A stretch of 63,750 nucleotides of DNA, counting the filler, from Intoshia linei (lineage: Eukaryota; Animalia; Orthonectida), in the NCBI GenBank assembly GCA_001642005.1. It is 8 parts of 8 records of this genome, joined end to end, with 100 filler letters (N's around TTAATTAATTAA, not from the genome) between each part and the next. Parts side by side here need not be neighbours in the genome. Positions count along the whole stretch, not along the records: positions 23,964 to 30,720 come from LWCA01001642.1; positions 30,821 to 55,524 come from LWCA01000525.1; 6 more parts are not named here. One strand, written 5' to 3'. Positions 26,540 through 40,746 of the stretch are shown here, in pieces (within the stretch, counting starts at the first letter, position 1; each line of letters begins with the position of its first letter). The position numbers and the translations under genes are program-made. The notes under the pieces were generated by a model. The model was given only the letters and a program-made list of their open reading frames with translations, searched no databases and had not been told where the DNA came from.

Positions 26540-27134
26540 GAGGCATGATTGGACTCAATCCTATTGGAATAAGATTATTTTTTCAGATGAAGCTAAAATA
26601 CATTTATATTCTAATTCAAAATCATATTTCAGAGGACCAAACATCTGTAGATTCAATTCAATATATATCACTTCTACCGTTAAGTTTCCACCTTCAATTA
26701 TGGTATAAGCTGGTATTCGATCTGATAGTAGCAGATATATCATTAAAGTGAATGGTAACATGAATTCTGTTGAATACCAAAGGGTAATGTTAAAAGCTCT
26801 ACCAATTTTGTACACTTCTGAATATATGTTGCCACAAGATGGGGCTAGCTGTCATACTTCTCAAAGCACTACTCTCTCTTTTTTGAAACGCAATCTATTG
26901 ATTTGTTACTAAATTGGCCCGCATAAAGTCCTGATCTCAACATAATTGAACATTACTGGGTAGACCTGAAGGCAAGGATCAAAATAAGGGTTCAAAAACA
27001 ATATACGAGATTTGGGTTGTTACTAAAGAAGAGTTTTATGAAATTGAAGATATTCGGATTAAAAATTTGCATGATTCGTTGTCTAATATGATTGGCTCTG
27101 TTATTAAGAGCAAGGGTGAACCTACAAAATATTA
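26540..27134 (+). pseudogene. Tc1-family (DD34/35E) transposase remnant
   Basis: WNKIIFSDEAK...TVKFPPSIMV*AGI...QDGASCHTS...(frameshift)...WPA*SPDLNIIEHYW...KGEPTKY*. Two in-frame stops plus frameshifts. Confidence 0.9.
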
Positions 27135-28698
27135 AATCTATTATGTATGTTTGTTTTTTTAGTTTATACAACTCTAAATTTATTTTTAAAAGTTTAAATT
27201 ATTTTTTAAAAACAATATTGTTGCTTAATTATTTTGGTAACGAATATTTTAGTTAATAATAGGGAGGGTAGTTGAGGGTTGAGGGTACTGATCACCTTTA
27301 CCATTAAAGTCGAAATTACAATATTATTATAGTTACAATAATAATTAAATTAGCTACTTTATATTTAACAATATAAAATAAACGAAATATATGGCAATAA
27401 ATTATTCACGAATATTGTTTATTAGGCGACCCTGAAAATATATTAGAAATAGATGCTATTTGTAATTTACATTTATTTGTTTATAAGAATGTAAATTTAT
27501 TAAATATCTAACCATTGTACCCAGAGCCAAACCTACTATGTTTCGAGACTTCTCTTAAACAAAAGGAGGCCCTAGCAATCTCTCCAAAGATTTGGATGTT
27601 ACAGTTTATATTTGAGACATAAAACAGTTGAATGACATATTAAATATAATATTTTTAAAAACCTCACTAAAAAAATTGAAGAAATGAGATTTTTGTACGT
27701 TTATTTCTTATAGCATTTACAAAATTGGTTCTTTTGGGAGGTGCTCACCTATACGAAGTGGTCACCAGTGTGAGGGGTCACTTTTCGAGAATCTACTGTA
27801 TATAAATTTAGATAGTATATAATGCATTCAATAGAAAATTAAATGTAAATAATTTAATGAAAATTTATTATTGTATTGACATTTAACAAAATACCACGAG
27901 TACACATTTAGACGTATAGTGAAGTGTCCTAATTTTTTGTGCTACAATGGTACAATTTATCATTATTCCCATGGATCTAAAGCAGCGATTCTTAACCGGT
28001 GCGCCGTAAAGAAATTTGACTTAATTTTATAAAATAAATATTAAACTTTTACATTGACAATCCTTTGAGAAAAATTGTAGCATTTACTATTCAATATAAT
28101 GTATACATTTAATTATAATTTATATTAAATACTATTGTGAACACCAAAAATATTACCATAAATTAAATATTCATTATTAAATTTAAGTCACTAAATAAAA
28201 AGTATTTTTGTATTTCAGTCAAAGTCCTTATTAATTTGTTAATCGGAATTTTTGTTAACGGAAAAATTAATAACTACAAACCAAATGTAAGTCTGAGAAA
28301 CTGCAGACCCAAATAATATACTAATTAGGTTTTCTGTTTTATTAAGTACATCAGACTGAAATCATACCAAATCTTTAAATAAATAACTTATATTTTTATT
28401 TGCCTACACTAATTAATTTATAATGTGGAAAATTCCGTTTAAAGTAATTCTGTCATTGCTGTGATATATTTGTACAGACCATCGGGCATCCTGTAGACCT
28501 GGTCATTATAATCTGGGAGATTGATTGACCTCCCAAGTGCTGCCCCAATTTCCACTTTTTAAGCATCACACTCTAATTATAATTTATTAGATAGTTACTA
28601 TATTTTTGAGTAATATATTGTTAATTGGTTAATTTGTGATTATGGTACTGAAGATGTAAGTTTTTGAAACTGAAATTAAAAATAATAATGATTTTAAC

Positions 28699-29511
28699 CA
28701 GTGGCGACTCTCCTACTCATGCTAAGCATAAGTAGATATTTTAGAAATTAATTTAAATAAATCTAATAAAAAAATTAATAAAAATAAAATTTATAAAAAC
28801 AGATGTATATTAAAAATTAAAAAAATCCAAACAATACTGAATTAAAATAGATTAATATTTAATATTTATGATAAATTTAAATATATAAGAAGGGAACATC
28901 ATTATAAATTGATATAACGATGTAAAGACGACGAACAGCGAAGAAAATATAACAATATAAATTTGATTTAATTTTATGTACAGGTTATTCTCGATATTTT
29001 CACAAAAATAGTTGCAAAAAGTGTTCTAAATATCGTGAATAACTAATAGCAATATTTATATAGCGAAAAATACATTTAGATTTGAATTTTTTTAAATATT
29101 GATTTAAATAACATTTCTATAATATACATTTTTATTTTTATAACAAATTTTTTTACAATTATCATGATTTATTTTTTGATTTTCATGTTAAAACGGCAAA
29201 TTAAAATTAAATAAAGGTGTTCGATAGCAAACAGTTGCGGAAGCCTGATGTAAAATAAACAATTATTAACTGAAATCGAGATAAAATATTAATTTCTATA
29301 ACAATTTTTCTCTAAATCCTCTTAGAATTACTACATCTTCCATGCTAAAATTATTCAGCTTTGCAAAGTCTATACATTTTAATAATCCTTCAAACGCTTC
29401 ATTCACTTTAATTACTTCAACGGTATTGTCTTCCTCAAAAAGTTGTATATGTTCCGTTTCTATGATACTGTGTTAAGCATGAGTAACGTTTTGACCTCAG
29501 AGTCGCCACTG
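28699..29511. mobile_element. hAT-type non-autonomous element (813 bp)
   Basis: 12-bp perfect TIR CAGTGGCGACTC / GAGTCGCCACTG, subterminal inverted TACTCATGCT / AGCATGAGTA, and perfect TSD ATTTTAAC (28691-28698 and 29512-29519). Confidence 0.88.
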
Positions 29512-29847
29512 ATTTTAACCTTTACGAGACTATTCATTTTTTGAAATGTTTACACTAATTTTATTAAAATCTTCACTTCATGAAAACTTAAATTTCAAAA
29601 AAAAGCCAAACTACATTATATTTACTATATTATTATATATAAACTATATATATTACTGTAATTCATAAAATAATTTCGAACATTATTCAAAGTGAACAAT
29701 TGAAAGTGTCCCTATTAAAATACAATACTCTTCGTTTTCTATGAGCTATAAAATTGTGAGCCTTATTTTAGTCTATATGTAGCGAGCAAAATGATTTTTA
29801 AAAATATGCAATCTAAGCAATATTTTTAGAGCCTTACTATATTTTAA

Positions 29848-30380
29848 CTAAGTTGACTATTATGTATAACGTACAAACAGGACCTAGCTCTGCTGAGGGT
29901 ACATTTTTATTATACTTAAAAAATAAATTCACGTTGAAAAGCTAACTTAAAAATGCTGCTATTCTATATTATCAATTCTTTAAATAAGTGGTTTCCAAAT
30001 TGTTTCAGATGAAACCGTCATCACATTACTTTCTAACTCTAAAGTGAATTATTCCATATTAATTTTTTGTTTGTTAACATTTGCGTAAAAAATTTTAAAA
30101 AACAATTGTTATCCATTTTTTTAATTTATTAAACAGAATGTGTGTATAATATTAAAAATAAAGTTAAAACCGTCCAATCCTAAAAATTGTCATAAATAGC
30201 ATAAATTCCAGAAAAAATAAAATTAAAGAAACCTATTTTGTCATTTTCAATGTGATGACATATATTCAGTATCAATTTAATAAATAAATCCTAAAAATTG
30301 TCATAAATAGCATAAATTCCAGAAAAAATAAAATTATAAACTATTTTGTTATTTTTAAGGTGATAATATATATTCAGCAC
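29848..30380 (-). mobile_element. Helitron 3' part (long variant) with an internal ~110-bp tandem duplication
   Basis: Reverse-strand hairpin and terminus at 29848-29900. The block AATCCTAAAAATTGTCATAAATAGCATAAATTCCAG occurs at both ~30176 and ~30286. Confidence 0.7.
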
Positions 30381-31296
30381 CAGTGGCGACACTGGCTAAT
30401 CGAGATCACTCAGGCTAAAATTTTTATAACAACCACACATTTTTTTTTAAATTAACATAACTAAGATATAAATAATTTCTCAAAATTTTAAATGTAACCG
30501 CTGTATAAATTTAATCTATAGATTTATTTACTAAACAAATTTAAATATGCCAGAGTTATGTATTTAAATTTTAAATAAATTTAAACATTTATAAAAATAT
30601 TTCGCGTAGTGATTGTCAAGTGAATAATCTTTTCTGAATTTCAGAATTTGAATATATAATTGTGAGCATATTAACAAATTAGAAATTAATTTAACAATTA
30701 TTAAAAAATTTAATACTCGANNNNNNNNNNNNNNNNNNNNNNNNNNNNNNNNNNNNNNNNNNNNTTAATTAATTAANNNNNNNNNNNNNNNNNNNNNNNN
30801 NNNNNNNNNNNNNNNNNNNNACATGACTTTATTTTTGCAAACATGACTAACAAGATCGTGAATGTCTTGTATTTCAATGAAATTATTATATTGTAAATAA
30901 CCAAAATTCAATCGTTAATAAAATCCAAAAAAATTGAGCTAGAAACAAATTTAAAAAAATAAACTATATAACTAAACATGGAGAACAGTATTATAAAGGC
31001 GGTACCACGTTTAAAAGCTCAAACATATAGAAGTCTTCAGGAAGTTTCAAGCTTCCGATTTCCGTTAAAATAAAGTTCAGTTTTAATTTCTTTATAATAT
31101 TTATATAGTGATATTTAAAATAACAAACGCAACTCGAATAAATAGCGTTAAATATTTTTGATTGCAAATTAGTTTTTCTATTTTAAAAATACACACTTTT
31201 AGTGATAATTGTCCATCGAATTCTAAAATTTTCCAAAAAATGTGACACTTTAATGTACATAGTATACTTAGTATATACAAATTAATTAAAATTTAG

Positions 31297-32244
31297 CTCA
31301 CCTTTTTGAAAGATTGATTAAAAAACTATTAAAGTATGGATACAAAGACGATATTAACCTCAGAGGGGCGCCATATGATTTTAGAAAAATTCCAGGTACT
31401 TGATTGAAATTTTGAAAATAATTAAAATTTGTAGATTCAAAATATTATTTCAAACTAAGTAAACTAATTGAACAAACTTATGAAATAAATGGAAAAAAAA
31501 GAGTTATTCTAATTGGACACTCTTTCGGTGGATTAGTAATTAGTAAACTCTGTAACGATGCAACCAAGGAATGGAATGAAAAATATATCGACAAAATTTT
31601 TACAGTTGGTACACCGTGGCTGGGTTCAGTTGAAGCTCTGCGTACAATAGTTTATGGTATTGATTATAATCTTTACTAATTAATAATTATTAAATTACAA
31701 TTAAATTTTATAATCTATAATACTCTTATTAGGCGATAATTTTCATATTCCATACGTAAAACCACAGCAACTAAAATTTTTACTTCGAACATTTCAAACA
31801 ATGCTATATGTCTTGCCAAAACTTTATGGATGGGGAAACAACACTTTAATTCAGGCAGGAAAAGAAGAATACAATTTAAACAATATGGAAAAATTATTCA
31901 ATGATCTCAACGACTCTGAATCATACCTTCGTTATACTTCGATTATTAAATATGTACAATATTACCCACCTCGCAACGTAACCACACATTGTATTTATAG
32001 TTATGGAATAAAAACAACAAACAAAATTATTTTTAAAAGTAAAAAATTTACTAAAATTAAACGTATTGAATATGGTGACGGAGATGGTACAGTCAACTTG
32101 GTTTCTCTTTCATTTTGTAAAAAATCCAAAAATCCAAATTTACTATACAAACTTTTTAAAAAAAAACCTCACATTGATATAATCAAAAGCAAAAAATTTA
32201 TTGATTATATAATTGAACATACACAATTTCATACTCAAAATTAG
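31297..32244 (+). CDS. LCAT / group XV phospholipase A2-like acyltransferase, 5' part missing (gap upstream)
   Basis: Exons 31297-31395 (LRGAPYDFRK), 31435-31656 (nucleophile elbow LIGHSFGG, GTPWLGS) and 31733-32244 (HCIYSYG, GDGDGTVNLVSL, catalytic-His region PHIDI). Confidence 0.88.
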
Positions 32245-32594
32245 AAAATAATACAAATAAATAAAAATTTATCATTTTTTGTGTAACATTTTCCTTCCAA
32301 CATAATCATAAGTTGTAATGTATGTAAAATAACAAGTAAATTCAAAAATTACAAATTTTTAATAAAATTAAACTGTACATAATAATATAAAAATTAATTT
32401 TTTTGGTTGATTATATTAAAAATTCCAATGTAATGAATCATGATGATTCCATCCGAATTTAATTTGATTAAAAACTATTTGAGTCATGACAATTTCACTT
32501 AACAAATGCAAATATAAAAATAAATAATTCACATAAAAAAAACCTGGCCGTTATGCATTTTCATAGGGAATGCGTCGATTTCTTGTCTTGAACT

Positions 32595-33102
32595 TTTATA
32601 TTCATATTAACTGGAATAAGCTCTATCAGAATAATATTTATTTTTTTTAATGTTTTGACCGTTAATTATTTCACATTTTTTGTTTTAATAAAATATTTCG
32701 GAAAAAAATACGAATATTAAAATGTTTTTTTGACCGTTAAGTCGTCACTTATTCGGATTAAAATTTTTTTAGTGTGTGTTAACAAAATACAACTGTACCA
32801 CCTGTAAATTTATTTAAATTCTAGGGCTGTTTTCTTTGAAAAAAAGGGTGCTTTTGGGTTTTGGCCCTGAAGATATATTTTTTTCAATTCTCCAACTCGT
32901 TTGAATTTCAAAAAAAGGACAATTGGGGTTTTGACCCCTAAGATGTGAGTTTGGGAGGTTAAAATTTATTTTGCTAACACCCCTGCAAAAAACTGTAATT
33001 GAAATGTAAACTTTATAAAATATTATAAAACAAATAGTTATAAAAATAAACGGTAACACACACACAAACAAATATTGCGTAGAATATTATATAAGAATAA
33101 GA
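32595..33102 (-). mobile_element. Helitron 5' half
   Basis: Reverse complement of ~6909-7370. Confidence 0.75.
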
Positions 33103-33400
33103 AATATCGGATTCGTTATGAGGGAAACCAAAAAATTAATTAACCACAAGCACAGTCATATATCTAAATTAATCTTCTACTTTAATGTATATTTTATACA
33201 TTCGATGACATCGAATGTGTACTTAATTTAATTAATGTAAATTAAATTTAATCTAAGATACTTGTAGTTAAATTCAGATACACATTAACTATATTATAAT
33301 GGGTGATCCGTAGTGATTGAAAAAAATTTCAGATGAAATAAACTTTTTTGTTTTATGTGATTATTTTTAAAATTGCGCATTTTTTAAAAACAGGTAATAT

Positions 33401-36400
33401 ATGGTAAAAAATAATTACAAAGAAGAACTCAATTTATTTTTGAAATATAAAGAAAAATATATACAAAAAGATTTAGATTTCAATATTTATAGTGTAATGT
33501 TTCGAGACGATGACAATACATGTGATGTATCGGTGATTTTAATATATTTTGATGATAATTATTTATTATTAATTAAAATTGTAGAATAATGAATCCAAAA
33601 ATAAGGATATAGTTAAATGTATTAAAACTTCAGACGATGACAATATAAATGATAGTTTTTCGAGCATGTTTAGTATTGGTAACTTTTTTTATATTTTTAT
33701 TAAATATAAATAAAAAAGTTACATACCGTTTAATAAAGTCTGTACCCCAAATGGGGCCACTATGAGGATTAATTATATTTTGAAAAACAAAGAATTTATG
33801 ACAATATATTACCAATGATTGGAAATGTTATACTTGTTAGTTTTATTTTTACATCGAATTCCTTGTATGAATCACTCCATTATTTCTAAACGCTGCCTCG
33901 TTAGATTTTTAACTTCAGTCTAACTCAGGCATTCTCAACCCTATTTTATTGTGGAACCCTATGATGGCATTGAAAAAAACCTGTGGATCAAAAAATTTAT
34001 AAACATTACATTCTTTACTTATATAGAATTTTAGGTGTGTGGTACTGTTTATTTAAAAAAACCACATTTGGTAATACAGTTTTTCAAGAGTGATACAGCA
34101 TCGCAAATTTTAATTGCGAAATTAAGTTTTTCAAGGTAAAAAACCCAATTTGACCTTATTTTAAAAATAAAATCAAACCCTAAAATTAAAAACAACACAT
34201 ATCCATTGACGCGTTTGAAAATCATTAACTTTAAATTTACTTTATCATTGTTAATGATTACATTTACATAATCATTAAATTTTAACAAACGACAATCTGG
34301 GGTTTTGGTCATAAATATCCAGTTTTTTGATGTTGCTATTTATTATAATGCTTATGATTTTATAAACTATCTCTGAATTTATGTTTGATAAAATTTTAGT
34401 ACATGTTTCATTTTTTAAACATAGGGTAATTTAACCATTAAGGTGTAAGTTTCTGAGATGAGATTTACGACAATGTTAACGATTTTAAAACAAGTCCCAG
34501 AATTCATGTTTTATTAAATTTGTGGAGTAATTTGGGATGATTTTATTTTTAAACAAAAAGGCAAATTGTGTTTTTGACTCTGAAGGACTCTAATTCGGAA
34601 ACTGAAAAATAGATTTAAACACGCTCTAGGAAACATTGTATTAGAAATTGAATTTTTTAAAAACCTTCCAACCACAAATTACTAACGCTTAAGGGAATTA
34701 TCCTTTTCTTCCAATATTATTTTGAAAAATATTATGAGTTGTTAAGAAGTAAAAGAAATTTCTCTACTGCTTCTAATTTTGTTACAAAACGTAGAACCCG
34801 TTTAAAAGACGAATCTATCAATATTATTAGTGTTTTGAAACACTTTTTCAACAATCTAAAATAAATAAATTTTTTTTTGTTTCTAAAATTAATTAAGGTC
34901 TCTAAAATTTTTAATGCTTCTATATTATATATGAATAAAAAATTTTTATTTTTTAATAAAGGGGTCCAGAGACCCCTTAATGGTCAATGAGATTGAAATA
35001 TATTATTAAAATTTTTTTATTAACTTTTCTTTATTTTATAGAGAATTGCCAGATGTTTGGAATTTAACCAAAGTTTATACGACCGCTACATTATTATTTC
35101 AAAAACCCTATTTTTATTTCATATTAATAAAATTTAGTACTAAAAAAATAAAATTTAAAACACCCAGGGAAAAATTCACTTAATCAAATCACAATATAAA
35201 AAATCCAATTTTACCAAACCTTAAGGAAAAACTTTTTTTTCCTATATTTTTTTTGATATATTTTTGTATTTAGATTTATATCTTTGAAAAACGATTTTAC
35301 CAAATCTTATGACAAAAAACCTGTCATTTTTTCATAAATGTTTTATATTTAGTGTTTCCTTTGGGTACAAAAAAAATTAATATTTTGAAATGGGGGGTAC
35401 AATATTTGAATCGGGAATCACTGCTTTATATACATAGTAACTTACCATTGGTAAGAAAAGATTTTCAAGTTTGATTTAAATTTATAAATACTATTTAGAA
35501 AGCGATTCATCAGAAGAACCTATATCCGAAACAAAACCGAATTTACCATTTGAAATTAACCCAAAACCTCCATCTACCACAAAAAAAATACCGTCTCATA
35601 TTGACATTGTAAAAAGTAGTCAAAATGAATATATTGAATCATTCAAGAAAAAACAAAATACCAGTCCATACTTTCCCTCACAAAGTCAAACATTAGATTC
35701 TCCAAGTATCCGTTCACCCTCGAATGTGTGTAAACCAATTCTGAATACACAAACGACTTATTCCTTAGATGATAAATATGTAAATGTTTTGGAATCGATT
35801 GTGGATATGTTTACCTGTGTTGAATTTAAATTTTTCTTTGATTTACCAAATTTCAGTTTACCTAAATATGTTGATTTAATGAATGAAAAGTTAATTAGTA
35901 CCATGTTTTTAATTATTACATGTATTTTAGAAAAACTTTGAAATTGTTAATTGATGAAAATGCTCATAATTTGAATAATAATTCTTATCATCAACATGTT
36001 GAACCTGTTATTAAAAACATCAATCTACCTAGTACGTCTCAGTATACCCCAACTCCTGTTAAAATTAAAGATTTATCAAAATTACGTTCATGTACAAGTG
36101 ACGTCCATATTATAGATGTGGAATCAGCGAGTAATAAGAGTAATTTTTCGATAAGTTCTGATGATTATGATGTGGATATTGTGAACGATGAAGCCGTGAT
36201 AAGCTTTGACTGTGGAAATTCTCCACCATTTAAAAAAAGCGCTATTGTTAAAACTAAATTTACTGATCTACCACCACCTAAATTTTATGGTTATCATCAT
36301 TCTGACGGAAATAATGATGAATTTAAATCAAACAATCATCATTTCAGTGTAAAAATGCTCAAAATATTTCGAAAGGTAATTTTTAATTGTATTAACATTT

Positions 36401-39400
36401 AAAAATTTTTGAATTTAAGGTTTTTGGACTTTCAACTTTTAGGTATAATCAACAGGAGGCTATTAACTGTGCTTTGTTGAACTATGATTGTTTTATTTTA
36501 ATGCCTACTGGAGGTGGTAAAAGTATTTGTTATCAACTACCTGCTCTAGTTACCGAAGGAATTACAATAGTTATATCGCCTCTATTATCTCTTATTAACG
36601 ACCAAGTTGTTAGACTCAAAAGTTTAGGTATCAATGCTGAAATGTTTACGGGTAGTATCAACGCTGCAACTCGAAATTCTATATTTGACAATTTACAAAG
36701 TACGAAACCATCTATTAGGCTTTTATATGTAACTCCGGAAATGATTGCTAAAAGTGAAAAGTTTTCAAATGTTTGTCAAAATTTATACGATCGAAATTTG
36801 TTGGATCGTCTTGTCATAGATGAAGCTCATTGTATTAGTCAATGGGGTCATGATTTTAGACCTGATTACCAAAAAATTAAACATTTTAGGCACCAATTTA
36901 CCAATCTGTCCGTTATGGCTCTGACTGCTACTGCTACATCTCGGTATAAATTTTGTAGTATGGTATTATAAATTACTTTTAGGGTACGAAAAGAAATTTT
37001 ATTGGGATTGGGCGCCGAAAATGCGAAATGGTTTGTTCAGTCGTTTAATAGAAAAAATTTGATTTATCAAGTTTTAAATAAAAAAATGAAAACTATAAAA
37101 AATGATATTTCATCCCGTATCAAGGCTGAATTTTCGGGATTGATTGGAATTGTTTATTGTCGCACTCGAGATGAATGTGAAAACATGAGCGAACATTTAA
37201 ATAGTGAAAATATTAACAGTAAACCTTATCATGCTGGTTTAAGTGATGATAATCGTACTGGGTATCAGGCTTCATGGCTCAATGATGAAACTCACGTTTT
37301 GTGTGCTACATTAGCGTTTGGAATGGGAATAGATAAACCCGACGTACGATTTGTGTTTCATGCTACTGCTCCGAAATCAATTGAATCGTATTATCAAGAA
37401 TCTGGTAGAGCTGGTCGAGATGGAAAATTGGCTACTTGTGCCGTTTATTACAATTATGCCGATATTGTTGCTCTCAGAAGAATGATTAATCGAAATGAAA
37501 TTGTGTAATTTAATTTAATGTATCTTTAGTTTTTTAATTCAATTTATTGTCTAGGTCAGTGGTTTTTAAAATTTTTTGTTTTTGTGTAACGCACACATTT
37601 TTATTATTTCGTTATGCAACCGAAACTACCGTACCGAGATCTTTTTCGGAGACCTAAACGAAATTTTTGGAAAATAGGGGAATTATTTTTCTATATTGAA
37701 CATTAAAAAAATATATTTTTTCAAAATTTTGCAAATTGTAACAACTATTTCAATATTTCAATTTAGTCAATACAACACTAAACCAATGCATCTAAAAAAT
37801 TTATATGAAATGGTTCAATATTGCGATAGCATTGACTGTAGGAGAATGCACCAATTGCATTATTTTGGTGAAATATTTAACAAGGATTATTGTGGATATT
37901 TCCCAGGTGCCAAATGTGACAATTGTCGTAATCGCTTTAAAACAGAATCAAGAAATATTACCAATGACATAAAAATCATTTTAACTGATTTGAGAACCAT
38001 TAATTTGTCACTAAAAATAACATTAAATCAATTGTGTGATATTTTTAAAGGTAAAATGTACTGTATAGTGTTATATTAATAATTTTAGGATCAAAAAATC
38101 AAAATTTGAATAAATTTAATTATAATAATTTATCCATGCATGGATTGGGAAAATCTTATCCAGTAAACGATTGTTCAAGGTTGTTTAGAAAGTTAGTATG
38201 TGATTTCTATTTGGGAGAATCTTTTGAAACTATTCACGGTGATTTTGTTGTTTCATATGTTCATGAAGGAGTTTATGCCAAAGAAATTTTAACTGAAGCA
38301 AAACAGGTTGTTAATTATTTAAATACATGTATTCTAATTTATAATACAGGCTAATTCCTATTTAACGGAAAAAAATTCCTGAGGTACAAAAATTCAGTGA
38401 AATTTTTACTTAAAATAACTATTGTCTTTTCTCGATTATAAGAAGTCTTATATTCGAGAGTATAAGGAAAAATGCATATAATCAAAAACAAGCAGACTTT
38501 TAAGCAGACCTTGAAAAATATAAAAAATACACTAAAAGTTTTTTCTAATTAGTATAAACTTATAAATTAGACATTCTATTGTATGAAGGAAGTTATTTTT
38601 TAGAAATAAATTGATATGTTGTCTATTTTTTGTTTAAAGTTTTTTCTTTCGAATACAAGCAGAAACTGCTTATATTCAAATTTTATTTAGTTAAAAATTT
38701 CACTGAAAATTTGTATTTTAGGGGTCTGCTTATAATCAAGAAAAGACAGTAGCATTTAATTTAAATAAAGCTTTTTCGATTCAAATTATTAGCTTTTGAT
38801 ACGTAAAACATTTTATTTTATTTTTGATTAATGATTGATTATTAATTATATGAAATGAAATGCAAATGTAGGTTAAGTGGAATGAAAATAAATTTTTTTA
38901 AATTGATTTAATGCAGTATTTCCGATTCAAACATTGTATGAACCACCATTTCAAATATTAATTTTTTAGGACCCCAAGGGAAACATTATATATTAATCCT
39001 TTATGAAAAAATTAGGATTTAGTAAAATCGTGTTTTTTAAAAAAATATTGGAAAAAGAGGGTATTTCCCTTAAGCGTTGGTAATATTTTAGTTTTATTTT
39101 GTGGTTGAAATAAAATTTTATTTTTTATTTTGGATTAGGAAGTTGTTGCTCAAAAGAAATACTAAAATCGAATTTTTCAAAATAATATTGGAAAAAGAGG
39201 ATATTTTCTCTTAAGCTTTGATAATATTGGAATTTTATTTTGAGTTTGGAATAATTGGTTTTTCTCATAAGATTTAGTAAATCGTGTTTTTCAAAATTTT
39301 TCCCTGAATGTGCTAGATGTTATTTTTTATTAAATTTTATTAATGGTGGGATTTTGAAATTATAATGTAGCAGTCGTCTAGGCTTTGGGATGATCAACAC

Positions 39401-40654
39401 ATAGAAACTCTAATAAATATTAAAAATTCTCCTATAATAATATACAAAAGTTGATCAAAATTTGTCTATATTTTATTTGAATTTACAGACCCCAATCGGG
39501 AAACACTGTTTCAATCTATAGATTATTTATAAAAAATTCTTTATTAACGGAATGAGATTTTTTTTCAAGACCAATTATTCCGTTAACTCGGAATAAACGG
39601 CTGTATAATGATAATTATCAATGTATAGGTAACCCGGTTAGATGGTTAATAAATTAATAATAAATATTATTCAAAAATTCGTTTTAATGGTTCGTGAGAA
39701 ATTTGATACTACCATTCAGGGTCGTGGGAGTGTCTATCACAACGTACATACTATTCTAAGTGACTGGGTAATGGTATAAAATTTTTTACATTTTCACCGG
39801 TCGGAAGATTGAAATGGTTGTGAAACATTGCTATGGGCCACCACACGCAGATAAATCGGAAATTCTTCCAAAAGATGTTGACTAAAATGTTTAGTTTCAT
39901 TTTGACATTTGCTATGTGAATAAATCTTCCAAATCAAATGCGCAAACGCCTGGAGTCCATTCCATGTCAGCTTCAGAAGAACTGACCAAAAAATGTTATA
40001 ATGAACTCAGAACCTTAGATAAAGCTATTGGTAATTTTTCCGTTTTAAAATGTACTTTTTTATAAATCCATTAGCAAAAGAACAAGGGAACGCAAATAAT
40101 CGAGTATTCGATTCAAATACATTATGTCAATTGGCGGATGTGAAACCTTGTTCCTATGAAGATATTAAATCAAATAGAATCGACGGGTTTACCAAATACA
40201 GATATGAAAAATATGGCGAGAGATTTTTGACGATTACGAAAAAATATTTTATTGAAAACAAGAGTAATTTAAATATATATATAATTATATAAATATATAT
40301 TTAAAAAAAGATTTATTGGAATCTAATCTGGAGGAACGTCAAGAGCGGTCATATCAAGCATCTTTGTATAGCAGCAAATTAAATACAACTAGTAATAATT
40401 CATATGGTGGCCAAAATAGTTATAAACCAAAATATACAGTAGTTAATATTTATATAAATTTTAAACTTTTTTTAGAAATTCAAAAAAAATCGGTAACATT
40501 TTTTTTATTCATCTATATTATTAGTTACAAAAAAACAGACAAGACTAAAAAATCAAAAAAACCATTTAAACCTCAGAATATTATTAATAAAATTGGTTTA
40601 CTTGTTCCTAAACCAAAGAAACGATCAAGTTTAAATTCCAACATGTACATGTAA
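33401..40654 (+). CDS. BLM: Bloom syndrome-type RecQ DNA helicase
   Basis: BLM-like N-terminus [10 protein letters not shown]. Core exons 36420-36943 ([25 protein letters not shown]) and 36983-~37504 ([27 protein letters not shown]). RQC Zn/WH exons 37767-38050 (CRR...CDNC) and 38089-38306. HRDC exons 39895-40030 and 40075-40263, then a basic tail. The 5' and 3' exons are less certain. Confidence 0.9.
34755..34864 (+). pseudogene. hAT transposase C-terminal dimerisation-domain remnant in a BLM intron
   Basis: [32 protein letters not shown] matches the hATC motif 'ER.FS.......R.RL'. Confidence 0.65.
38420..38750. mobile_element. MITE with ~22-bp imperfect TIR
   Basis: TATTGTCTTTTCTCGATTATAAG / CTTATAATCAAGAAAAGACAGTA. 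Confidence 0.6.
38914..39508. mobile_element. hAT MITE, CAGTG..CCGATT family, with minisatellite
   Basis: Ends CAGTATTTCCGATT / AATCGGGAAACACTG. Colinear with 14268-14947. Confidence 0.7.
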
Positions 40655-40746
40655 ATATTCTTGTAAATTTGTATTTTTATTGAAATTTAAGACTAAATAA
40701 TACAATTTATTAAATAATTGATAAAATTTGGTACAATAAATAAAAT

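Noticed and set aside
26545-26815. ORFs 26545-26751 (+) and 26561-26815 (-)
   Set aside because: Shadows of the Tc1 transposase pseudogene, which lies in another plus-strand frame.
32814-34312. ORFs 32814-33071 and 34049-34312 (also 1440-1661, 17133-17336, 59190-59387)
   Set aside because: Chance ORFs within Helitron-type repeats, with no protein motifs.
36474-38354. Consecutive RecQ ORFs read as a split or frameshifted gene or an operon
   Set aside because: The frame changes are fully explained by GT-AG introns, mostly 38-44 nt.
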